From NCBI GenBank assembly GCA_964573565.1, contig CAZNJV010000001.1:1-28888 (forward strand): DNA of 28,888 nt. Direction: 5' to 3'. Numbering within the stretch: position 1 is the stretch's first letter; each line of letters opens with the position of its first letter. The stretch comes from an uncultured Candidatus Saccharibacteria bacterium. Lineage in GTDB: Bacteria; Patescibacteriota; Dojkabacteria; SC72. The notes under the pieces were generated by a model. It was not told the origin of the DNA, searched no databases, and worked only from the letters and a program-made list of their open reading frames with translations. This document shows, in pieces, positions 1 to 7,814 of the stretch. The translations under genes were made by a program, and so were the position numbers.

Positions 1-33
1 GTATTTTGATGCTAAGGGTTCATATATTGGCAT
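1..33 (-). CDS. 5' end of a gene running off the left edge (MPIYEPLASKY...), product unknown
   Basis: ATG at 33-31 with TATAAT (45-40, minus strand) 6 nt upstream, the same leaderless geometry as many other genes here. Only 11 codons are visible. Confidence 0.4.
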   Translation of the reverse strand, partial: MPIYEPLASKY

Positions 34-117
34 ATGTGTATTATATCGTGTTTTGAAGGAATATATTATAATTAGGTATATCACAATCCTGTGATGAGAT
101 CTTAAGAGGAGGCCCAT

Positions 118-270
118 ATGGGGTTTAGTAGTGTGGTACACGTAAGAGAGTTTGAAGAAAATTCGAGATTGAGACGCATCAAGCGCCGTCGCCGCGTAAG
201 GGCAATTATCCTTATTACAGCTGCTCTTGCTATCATTGCAGGAGATGTTGTATGTATTGTCCTTCTTTAG
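118..270 (+). CDS. 50-aa small membrane protein (MGFSSVVHVREFEENSRLRRIKRRRRVRAIILITAALAIIAGDVVCIVLL), not in the ORF track
   Basis: Hand translation. Strong SD AAGAGGAGG at 104-112, 5 nt before ATG. Arg-rich patch followed by a C-terminal hydrophobic helix. A hairpin follows the stop. Confidence 0.65.
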   Translation: MGFSSVVHVREFEENSRLRRIKRRRRVRAIILITAALAIIAGDVVCIVLL

Positions 271-319
271 ATCTCGGTGGGGGTCACATAATTTTTTGTA
301 CATGTGATCCCCATCTAGA
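266..319 (+). other. Stem-loop at the stop of the 50-aa ORF (possible terminator or RNA-stability element)
   Basis: GGTGGGGGTCACAT (276-289) pairs with ATGTGATCCCCATC (302-315) with two G-U pairs. Alternatively TTTAGAT (266-272) pairs with ATCTAGA (313-319). No U-tract. Confidence 0.55.
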
Positions 320-331
320 ACTTCCCCTAGG

Positions 332-360
332 TTGATTAGGAACAGGTCCTATAGTATAAT
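332..360 (+). promoter_or_regulatory. Sigma70-type promoter
   Basis: TTGATT (332-337), 17-nt spacer, TATAAT (355-360). Confidence 0.7.
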
Positions 361-540
361 ATATGTTGTATTCAAGATTTATATCTTAATACATACTGCT
401 CTTTAAAAGGATCTAGGTTTCTCCCTGTTAGCTTGCTTAATACAATATGCTTTTCATTTAGATATGGAAGTTAGGTTGTATTAAGTAAGACAAAAATCAA
501 TCCCAACTGGGAAAATATATTGAAAAAAGGAGAAATTGAA
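361..540 (+). promoter_or_regulatory. Long structured 5' leader with boxA-like element and anti-SD
   Basis: Hairpin 367-393; TGCTCTTTAAAA at 397-408; TTTCTCC (418-424) complementary to GGAGAAA (529-535); 14-bp stem 432-445/476-489. Confidence 0.5.
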
Positions 541-876
541 ATGACTATCGTAACCGCTATTTTAGCAATGGTGCTGAAGCCGCTTGCGGCAGTTCTTGGT
601 GCCCTCTTCCTCGTGGAGATAATAAAATTCCAGGAAAAGATGCATAAAGATCAGAAAGTTTTTGCATGGATTTCCATGCTCCTGATGTTGGTTTTTGTTG
701 CCGATATTCCTGTCCCTTTGTGGGCAAGATTAGCAATGGTCGGCATACCATTTGTTTTAAACTTGCTGGACATTAAGCACCTTGGAAATGATCGTGGATA
801 CGTTAACGTCAACTTTGTTGAGACTATATGGGCGTTATTCTTAATGTCTATTATCGTTTTCCTCTGGCTGGCCTAG
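541..876 (+). CDS. 111-aa polytopic membrane protein (about 4 TM), unknown function
   Basis: The ORF track starts at TTG 520, but AAAGGAGA (526-533) precedes ATG 541. Four hydrophobic segments. Confidence 0.75.
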   Translation: MTIVTAILAMVLKPLAAVLGALFLVEIIKFQEKMHKDQKVFAWISMLLMLVFVADIPVPLWARLAMVGIPFVLNLLDIKHLGNDRGYVNVNFVETIWALFLMSIIVFLWLA

Positions 877-937
877 ATCACCTTTATTTTGCAGTTCCGG
901 GAGGGTTATCCAAACAATAACCCTCCTGGTGATCTAG
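873..937. other. Bulged long hairpin at the stop of the 111-aa ORF, between convergent genes
   Basis: CTAGATCACC (873-882) pairs with GGTGATCTAG (928-937). Inner stem CCGGGAGGGTTAT (897-909) pairs with ATAACCCTCCTGG (917-929). No U-tract on either strand. Confidence 0.6.
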
Positions 938-961
938 TATCATTACAAATTGAAAAAATAT

Positions 962-1498
962 TTACTTACTGTAAATATATAACCCCTTTTTATTCCTTAA
1001 CACTACCCTCTTCTCTCCCTTCATATCCTTAATACCATTCTCATATGAATATACTACTCCCCCATCCTTTACAAATTTCTCTAACCTAGGTCTTAATATC
1101 CTCAAACTATTCTCATCCAAAAAGCAATATATCTTGTTAGCCTTAGAAATATCTACCTTGTAAATATTCTGTATCTCAAAAATAATATCTTTAACAAATG
1201 GGAATTTAATATCTCTCATCAAATTAGAAAATATTACTAACAGAGGGGAAATATCATATCCAAAACACTTACACTTGTATCTCTCATATACTTTAAATAC
1301 CAATCTACCATCACCACTACCTAGATCTAGGAATGTATCCTTCTTTTTTGCATCTATCAAATCTGCAATCTCATCTAGTACATCATTTGGTGTCTTTGAA
1401 AGAGGACCAATAATGGCAGTCACAAGTATTGAAAGGATAATACAGAGGAATAGTAAAACCAAAGTTATGATTATACCTAGGGTAATACCGTTTAACAT
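962..1498 (-). CDS. Membrane-anchored class I SAM-dependent methyltransferase (FAM173/ATPSCKMT-like)
   Basis: N-terminal TM helix, then P-x-x-x-T-P, motif I FLDLGSGDGRLV and motif II GYDISP. Confidence 0.8.
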   Translation of the reverse strand: MLNGITLGIIITLVLLFLCIILSILVTAIIGPLSKTPNDVLDEIADLIDAKKKDTFLDLGSGDGRLVFKVYERYKCKCFGYDISPLLVIFSNLMRDIKFPFVKDIIFEIQNIYKVDISKANKIYCFLDENSLRILRPRLEKFVKDGGVVYSYENGIKDMKGEKRVVLRNKKGLYIYSK

Positions 1499-1530
1499 TG
1501 TGATATCATTATCAATGTAAATTAATATAT

Positions 1531-2241
1531 ATGTACATGATAGACGGAATTTTACTAATAGACAAGGAGGAAAATATTACATCCTATACTGCTATTAGAA
1601 TGTTAAAGCGAATACTTCCCAAAGGTCAAAAGATCGGTCATGCGGGTACTTTAGATCCTTTTGCCACTGGACTTTTGATTGTACTTCTAGGCAAAGCTAC
1701 TAAGCTTATGGATACCATCCATAGTCTAGACAAGGAATATGAGGTAAAAGCAGAATTTGGATATGCTACTGATACCCAGGATTGTACTGGAGAGAAGATC
1801 AAAACCTCTCCTACTCTACAACAAGTCTCAAAGGAAGAGTTGGAAGAGAATATTAAGAGATATCTTCTTGGAAATATATCTCAGCTACCTCCGCAATATT
1901 CAGCCAAAAAGATTAACGGCCAGAAGGCATATGATCTTGCCAGAGAAGGCAAAGCGGTTGTTTTAAAACCAAAAGATATATCGATATATTCATTTGATAT
2001 TATTGAATACAACTGGCCACTTGTTACATTTAGAGTAAGATGCTCTACGGGGACATATATCAGAACATTGGTAAATGATCTGGGAGAGAAGGTCGGGACA
2101 TATGCTACGGCTATGGAACTTAGAAGAAACAATATTGGGGAATTCGATGTTGAGAGTGCTATATCAACAAAGGATATTAATGAACAGGTGGTAGAGAGTA
2201 TAATGGGGATAGATAAAGTTAAGGAAATATTGAAGATATGA
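1531..2241 (+). CDS. truB: tRNA pseudouridine(55) synthase TruB (short form, no obvious C-terminal PUA domain)
   Basis: GILLIDK, GHAGTLDPFATG (catalytic Asp), PPQYSAKKING, CSTGTYIRTL. Confidence 0.97.
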   Translation: MYMIDGILLIDKEENITSYTAIRMLKRILPKGQKIGHAGTLDPFATGLLIVLLGKATKLMDTIHSLDKEYEVKAEFGYATDTQDCTGEKIKTSPTLQQVSKEELEENIKRYLLGNISQLPPQYSAKKINGQKAYDLAREGKAVVLKPKDISIYSFDIIEYNWPLVTFRVRCSTGTYIRTLVNDLGEKVGTYATAMELRRNNIGEFDVESAISTKDINEQVVESIMGIDKVKEILKI

Positions 2242-2930
2242 ACAAAGGAAAACTGTATGTAGTGGCTACCCCTATTGGTAATCTAAATGATATGACTTTT
2301 AGAGCGGTTGATACTCTAAAAAGTGTTGCCTTCATTTTAGCAGAGGATACTAGAGAAACATCTAAGCTTCTACAAAGGTATGAGATACAAACGCAGTTGG
2401 TATCTTACAGAGACCAAAATCATGACAGAATGATTGGGAAGGTAGTAGAAAAGTTAGATATGGGTTTAGATTTAGCATTAGTCTCTGACTGTGGTACTCC
2501 ATTAATCTCTGATCCAGGATACAGATTGGTAAGGGATTTAAGAGAGAAAGGATACGATGTGTTGGCTATACCAGGTGCAAGTGCATTAACGTCTGCTTTG
2601 TCTGTTAGCGGTTTAGCTACAAATAGGTTTACATTCTTTGGATTTCTACCTAAATCTGATGTGAGGAGGGAAAAACTTCTATCTCAATACAAAGAGCTTG
2701 ATTCTACTTTGGTGCTCTATGAATCGCCTAATAGGTTATTAAAGTTATTAGAATTATTAGAAAAGATATTTGATGATTGTATTGTAACTGTTGCAAGAGA
2801 TATCTCGAAGATGAGAGAGCAATATTTCTTTGGAGATATTAATACTGTTAAGGCTAGTATAGATGTTAATGATTTTGAGAACAATCCGCATGGGGAATAT
2901 GTGGTTATGGTAGAAAACAAAAAGGATTAG
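2238..2930 (+). CDS. rsmI: 16S rRNA (cytidine1402-2'-O)-methyltransferase RsmI
   Basis: LYVVATPIGNL, AEDTRET, VSDCGTPLISDPG, IPGASA, YESPNR. ATGA overlap with truB. Confidence 0.96.
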   Translation: MNKGKLYVVATPIGNLNDMTFRAVDTLKSVAFILAEDTRETSKLLQRYEIQTQLVSYRDQNHDRMIGKVVEKLDMGLDLALVSDCGTPLISDPGYRLVRDLREKGYDVLAIPGASALTSALSVSGLATNRFTFFGFLPKSDVRREKLLSQYKELDSTLVLYESPNRLLKLLELLEKIFDDCIVTVARDISKMREQYFFGDINTVKASIDVNDFENNPHGEYVVMVENKKD

Positions 2931-3802
2931 TGAAATAGCTTCTCGTAATTCTCATCTGTAATTTTCTCCAACTCCTCCACGGATACCCCCTTTATATCTG
3001 CAGCTACCTCCATAATTTCTCTAACATCACTTGGTTGGGCAAACTTCTCCTTAATATTTTTATTCTTTCTCACAGACTGTGGAGGTAAAAATGGCCCATC
3101 TGTCTCAAACAATATTCTCTCTACTGGAACCTGTTTTAATATCTCTCTTACATTCTCACCACTCTTGTAGGTAATGATGGCATTGAAACCAACATAGAAA
3201 CCTAGATCCAAGATATCCTGAAGATACTTAATATCACCAGTATAGCTATGGAAACTACCACGAAGCTTCCCCTTTCCCTCTTGTGCTACCAATCTCAATG
3301 CATCACTTACAGATTCACTCTCTCCCTGCGTATCTCTGGCGTGTATACTCATTGGAAGGTTGTATTTAGTAGCAAGTGCAATATGTTTGCAAAATGAAAG
3401 CTTTTGGATCTCCTTAAGCTGAGATTTAATCTCTTTTGAAATATTTTGAGGGATATTGAATTGATAGTAATCCAGACCGGTCTCGCCTACTGCTTTAATT
3501 CTTTTCCTATTTCTCTCAAACAATTGCTCCCATTCCTGTAGATATGCCCGTGATATCTCATAGATATTCTCCTTAATTCCTTTTTGTAGTGTGATCTCTT
3601 CAAATATTGTTGGATGTAACCCTACTGCGACTTCAATTATATCTGGGTATCTCTCTGCAAGTGCCAATGTGATATCAATATCTACGTTATCTGTAGTCTG
3701 TGAAAGTATATGTTTTCCTCCCATCTTTCTGAAGTTTGAAATAACTTCATCAAGGTTTGTATCTAATGGACTGAGGTTCAAATGTATATGTGAGTCGTGC
3801 AT
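2927..3802 (-). CDS. tatD: TatD-family metal-dependent nuclease
   Basis: DSHIH, GLHP, GETGLDYY, IHARD, HSYTG and ETDGP motifs. Confidence 0.93.
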   Translation of the reverse strand: MHDSHIHLNLSPLDTNLDEVISNFRKMGGKHILSQTTDNVDIDITLALAERYPDIIEVAVGLHPTIFEEITLQKGIKENIYEISRAYLQEWEQLFERNRKRIKAVGETGLDYYQFNIPQNISKEIKSQLKEIQKLSFCKHIALATKYNLPMSIHARDTQGESESVSDALRLVAQEGKGKLRGSFHSYTGDIKYLQDILDLGFYVGFNAIITYKSGENVREILKQVPVERILFETDGPFLPPQSVRKNKNIKEKFAQPSDVREIMEVAADIKGVSVEELEKITDENYEKLFH

Positions 3803-3894
3803 AGTGGAATTTTAGCACAATTTGCAAAAGAGAATACTACAAGCCCTCTCATCTGTAACATTAGTCTTGTAATGTGGTAGAATATGATCCGATT

Positions 3895-4605
3895 ATGGGC
3901 AAGATCAAACAGAGAAATTGGTTGATAATTATCACCATTTTCTTGGTAATTGTATCTGGGGCAGGACTTTTTGTCTCAATACAACAAAAATTATCATTCA
4001 ACTCTTGTGCGTATGGAGAGAATGTATACAGAAGTGGTGAGCAGGTTCCAGAATTTAATGGAGAGCAGGAATGTACATGTAATTCTGATGGCTCCATAAA
4101 ATGTGGTACAGAATCCGATGGTGTCGTATATACTGGCTATTCTTCTTCCAATCTTAAGTTCTCCTACAGCTATATTAATCTCCTTGAGTCTAATACCATT
4201 CTAAATTCTGATGTAACACCTTTGGATGCTTCTTACAGTAATGGTATCTTAAAGGTATCTTTCGAACGAGACGTGTTATGCTCTTCAGATGAGATTGCAC
4301 CTGCACAATCAGGTTTTTACCAACTATCCTCTGATGCTTTGCGTCTTACAATAATGACAAATGTAGATACTTCAAAATATACCGCACCGTGCAAGATCGC
4401 CAACAGCTTTGAAATCTCTGACCCCAATATCTCTTTCTCTGATGATTTCCAGATATATTATGAATCTGAATCTGGAGAGTTCTTAAGCTTGGGTGCATGC
4501 GTTTACAAGGGTACTCTACACGGGGACCAAGATGTATTTAAAGACAAAGATACTACCTCTGTCTGCCTGTGCAATACAGGTACTGTTACCTGTAAGGATT
4601 TATAG
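3895..4605 (+). CDS. Membrane-anchored exported protein with two Cys-rich (Fn1/VWC-like) modules flanking a predicted beta-rich domain
   Basis: The ORF opens at GTG 3874; ATG 3895 is preferred because TG-G-TAGAAT lies just upstream. N-terminal TM. C-x21-C-x-C-x7-C and C-x21-C-x-C-x6-C modules. Confidence 0.75.
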   Translation: MGKIKQRNWLIIITIFLVIVSGAGLFVSIQQKLSFNSCAYGENVYRSGEQVPEFNGEQECTCNSDGSIKCGTESDGVVYTGYSSSNLKFSYSYINLLESNTILNSDVTPLDASYSNGILKVSFERDVLCSSDEIAPAQSGFYQLSSDALRLTIMTNVDTSKYTAPCKIANSFEISDPNISFSDDFQIYYESESGEFLSLGACVYKGTLHGDQDVFKDKDTTSVCLCNTGTVTCKDL

Positions 4606-5631
4606 TAATCCTAGATAGATTCCTAAGATACAGAAGACGAATGTAAATAGCCAGAATCTCATTGTTACTTTGTACTGTGGCCAACCTTTTGCTTGGAAGT
4701 GGTGATGGATTGGAGCTATGATGAAAACTCTTTTCTTAAGAAATCTCATACTTAATATCTGTATCGCACTAGACCCCATGATGATCCATGTCATTGCAGA
4801 CATTACGAGATATGGGATTAAGTTGTCTGTTACTATTCCAATGAAGAAAATTGCAAAACCAAGTGGCATTGCACCAGGGCCTCCATTCCAGAATCTTGCA
4901 GGAGGGATATTGAAATACAGGTCGATGATTTGTACCCCAAGTATTATGCACAGTATAGGGATAAATTGAGTTTGCCCTTGTATGAGAAGAAGTAGGATCA
5001 TTGAAAAATTTATAATTGCGAAGATACCCATCATTAATCCATCTAATCCATCGGTTAATTCTGCGGAATAGATAGCTAGCTGACTAATGAAACCAAGGAT
5101 TATTAAAACTAATGGTGTAATAGATATTGTTAAAATATTGAAGAAGGACAGAGATGTAAATTCCCCTGTATTGTAGAGCAAGAACATTATTCCAATATTC
5201 ATTAATGTTGCAAAGCCCAATTTCCCTAATCTCCATTCAAATCTCTCTTGGAAGGCTTTCATCTTCTCATTATTTTTAAAACCATTTGTGAAGATTACAA
5301 CATCTATGAATCCCCAGAGTCCATACAGTACAAATCCTAGCAAGAATACTTTGAGTACTGGTGTAAGGGGAACTGTTAATGCAATTATGATGGGCACTAC
5401 AATCCAGATTAAGATACCTCCCATATTAGGAGTCCCATTTGTTTCTGTTACTCTCATTATCCTTAAGAATAGGGAGTTATCTCCTTTCTCATCAGCACCG
5501 ATCTTGGATTTCTTAAGCCCACTGACTTGGTTAAATTTATACAGAATACTTATCATTATTGGGGCAAATACTGCGGAACAAACTACAGCAAGAAAGAGGT
5601 AGTTTAGAGAGGTTCTGAGAGTATCTATCAT
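4600..5631 (-). CDS. mraY: MraY-family phospho-MurNAc-pentapeptide transferase homologue with degenerate active site
   Basis: GTPNMGG, LTDGLDGL, FNxxPA and APIHHHF motifs, about 10 TM, located after ftsI. GxxDD is GFIDV and FMGDxG is WNGGPG. Confidence 0.85.
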   Translation of the reverse strand: MIDTLRTSLNYLFLAVVCSAVFAPIMISILYKFNQVSGLKKSKIGADEKGDNSLFLRIMRVTETNGTPNMGGILIWIVVPIIIALTVPLTPVLKVFLLGFVLYGLWGFIDVVIFTNGFKNNEKMKAFQERFEWRLGKLGFATLMNIGIMFLLYNTGEFTSLSFFNILTISITPLVLIILGFISQLAIYSAELTDGLDGLMMGIFAIINFSMILLLLIQGQTQFIPILCIILGVQIIDLYFNIPPARFWNGGPGAMPLGFAIFFIGIVTDNLIPYLVMSAMTWIIMGSSAIQILSMRFLKKRVFIIAPIHHHFQAKGWPQYKVTMRFWLFTFVFCILGIYLGLL

Positions 5632-5663
5632 TTTAGTACTTATTAATTAAGTTATATATTATC

Positions 5664-7493
5664 TCAATTTGCTTTCTGTATTTCCAGATCATCCTTGATA
5701 GCTAGGAAAATGCTTCTCCATACAGGTACGGATGTGTACGATGCATAAGTACTAACCTGTGGCTCTTCAAGCTTTACTAGCATTACGAATTTGGGGTCAT
5801 CGTATGGAGCGTAACCTATTACGGTAGCATTACTAATATCATCCTCATAACCGGTTCCATCTGTCTTCGCAATCTGTGCAGTTCCTGTTTTTGCGGCAAT
5901 TTTGTAACTCTTTAGATCAGATGCCAATCCTCCGAGTGCGTTGTCTATGACACCTTGTGCAAGGTCTTTGCTTATGATATCTGCAGTCGTTTTTGATACT
6001 GGTGTTGATATTGTTTGTGGTTGTATAGTTATTGTCTCATTGTTATCGGCTATTTGTGAGATGATGTATGGTCTCATTCTAACTCCACCATTAGCTAATG
6101 TGCTAAATGCGGAGATTACTTGAAGAGAAGTCGCGGAGATTCCTTGCCCATATGAAGCTGTAATTTGATCTAGCTTTGTCCATTGCTCTAGTGGCTTCAT
6201 GTAGCTAGTACTTTCATCCTGCAAGCCAATACCAATGAATTGGCCTATACCAAATGCCTCTAAATATGAGTAGAACTCTGGAAGGGCGACAGATAGTCCT
6301 GCTTTTGCGGCGCATGGGTTATTTGATTTGGCAAATATTCCTGAAATATCTATCAATCCACTAGGTCTTTTATTCCATGTGTAGATATATCGTCCTTTGA
6401 GGTCTTCGTATCCTGTTTCTGCGTAAAGATCGAGTTTACCTGTACTATCGTTACAAGTATAGTCTTCCTTGATAGCACCTGAATCTAGAGCTATGGCTAA
6501 AGTGATTGGTTTTTGTACAGATCCATACTCATATACATCTGCTACTGCCCTATTTTTCAATATCCATGGCTCAGAGATTCTCCAGTACTCTGATGGATTG
6601 TATGTAGGATAGTTGGCCATCGCTAAAATCGCTCCTGTATGTGGATCCATGATTATGACTGAACCGCTCTTTGATCTCGTATCCTTAACCCCCTGTTCTA
6701 GCTGCTCTTCCACCTTTGCTTGCAAATTAGGATCTATTGTCAATGTAAAATCTTTTCCCTCTCTTGGCAGTATAGGGTCGTATTCGGATGTAAGGATAAC
6801 ATTTCCTGCAGAATCCTTTTCTTCGTATGTATATCCTTCACTTCCAGTTAAATCTCCAAAATAGTAACCTTGGATACCATACTGACCAAGATCATCACCC
6901 TGTGCATCCTGCCCTATGAAGCCTAAAACATGGGCTGCTAAGGTTCCATTTGGATACAATCTCTGTTCTTTGTTCTCAAAATACATACCAAAGCCCGCAG
7001 TGCCATCTCCAAATATCTCTTCTTGTGCTAATGCATTCTTTATATCCGTAGATACTCCTTTTGCTAGATTAACATATACAAAATCGTCTGTTATCTTTTC
7101 TTCTATGGTTGATTTCTCTACCCCTAGGAGACTGGCTACTTCGGTGATGAACTTATCCTTTTGTGAAAAGAATTTTTCTCTCTCAACTGTATCTGTGCTT
7201 AAGGTTGCATATATATCCCAAACGGGTTGATCAACTGCAAGTATTGTCCCATCTGTAGCAGTAATCTTACCTCTAGTAGCGGTTTGTACACCACTAGATT
7301 GGTATTGCTCGTTCGCCATGGCCTTTAATTCGTCAGAATCAACAATTTGCCATCGGAAAATCTGCAATACAACGAGGAAAGCTACAACAGAAATGATATA
7401 TCCAACCAAGTAGATATTGTTGTGTGGTTTTGAACTGCCACTCTTACTTCGATGTCCTTTTTGAGAAGTGTAGAGATGGTTTAGCTTAGCCAT
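5664..7493 (-). CDS. ftsI: Class B penicillin-binding protein FtsI/PBP3
   Basis: N-terminal TM, RGKITATDG, RLYPNG, SVQK (SxxK), SNN (SxN), KTGTAQ. dcw position after ftsL. Confidence 0.9.
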   Translation of the reverse strand: MAKLNHLYTSQKGHRSKSGSSKPHNNIYLVGYIISVVAFLVVLQIFRWQIVDSDELKAMANEQYQSSGVQTATRGKITATDGTILAVDQPVWDIYATLSTDTVEREKFFSQKDKFITEVASLLGVEKSTIEEKITDDFVYVNLAKGVSTDIKNALAQEEIFGDGTAGFGMYFENKEQRLYPNGTLAAHVLGFIGQDAQGDDLGQYGIQGYYFGDLTGSEGYTYEEKDSAGNVILTSEYDPILPREGKDFTLTIDPNLQAKVEEQLEQGVKDTRSKSGSVIIMDPHTGAILAMANYPTYNPSEYWRISEPWILKNRAVADVYEYGSVQKPITLAIALDSGAIKEDYTCNDSTGKLDLYAETGYEDLKGRYIYTWNKRPSGLIDISGIFAKSNNPCAAKAGLSVALPEFYSYLEAFGIGQFIGIGLQDESTSYMKPLEQWTKLDQITASYGQGISATSLQVISAFSTLANGGVRMRPYIISQIADNNETITIQPQTISTPVSKTTADIISKDLAQGVIDNALGGLASDLKSYKIAAKTGTAQIAKTDGTGYEDDISNATVIGYAPYDDPKFVMLVKLEEPQVSTYASYTSVPVWRSIFLAIKDDLEIQKAN

Positions 7494-7494
7494 T

Positions 7495-7797
7495 TTATTT
7501 TTCTGCCAAGAGTGCAGATTGCTCTAAATATATGATAGATTTACCACTTTGGGATCTAATATCAAGCTGTTTGTCGGCTAATTTTTTAATTACTGTTATG
7601 GAGCTTGTTTTTGCAACTTGCTCTTCCATGAGTCTATTTTCTTCGACTAAGAAATTTTTCTCTTTGTTTAAACTTTGTAATTCTGTTCCTAAGGGATTTA
7701 ACACTGCGTTAATTACTAACTGAGAAAGCACAAATGCTACCATGGAGAATCCAAAGATCATGACTGGGAGGTTTTTTCTGGTTTTGTAGGTTTTCAT
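7495..7797 (-). CDS. ftsL: FtsL-like cell division protein
   Basis: 100 aa with a short basic N-terminus, one TM and a coiled coil. Syntenic between rsmH and ftsI. Confidence 0.7.
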   Translation of the reverse strand: MKTYKTRKNLPVMIFGFSMVAFVLSQLVINAVLNPLGTELQSLNKEKNFLVEENRLMEEQVAKTSSITVIKKLADKQLDIRSQSGKSIIYLEQSALLAEK

Positions 7798-7798
7798 G

Positions 7799-7807
7799 TT
7801 GGGCAGT
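7799..7807 (-). promoter_or_regulatory. ACTGCCCAA start-proximal motif (ftsL)
   Basis: 1 nt upstream of ATG 7797; TAAAAT lies 4 nt upstream of the motif. Confidence 0.55.
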
Positions 7808-7814
7808 AGTTATT

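Noticed and set aside
2-94. Open plus-strand frame YFDAKGSY...TIL* as the end of an upstream gene
   Set aside because: It overlaps a better-supported minus-strand start at 33 that has a perfectly placed TATAAT, and it cannot be resolved without flanking sequence.
266-937. Integron attC / gene-cassette interpretation of the hairpins
   Set aside because: There is no RYYYAAC...GTTRRRY pair at the hairpin ends and no integrase in the window. The lone GTTAGGT at 470-476 has no matching inverse core.
1531-7493. Recoded TGA (genetic code 25), as in some CPR lineages
   Set aside because: Long genes translate fully under code 11. TGA appears as a plausible stop (truB with ATGA overlap, ftsI) and does not interrupt conserved domains.
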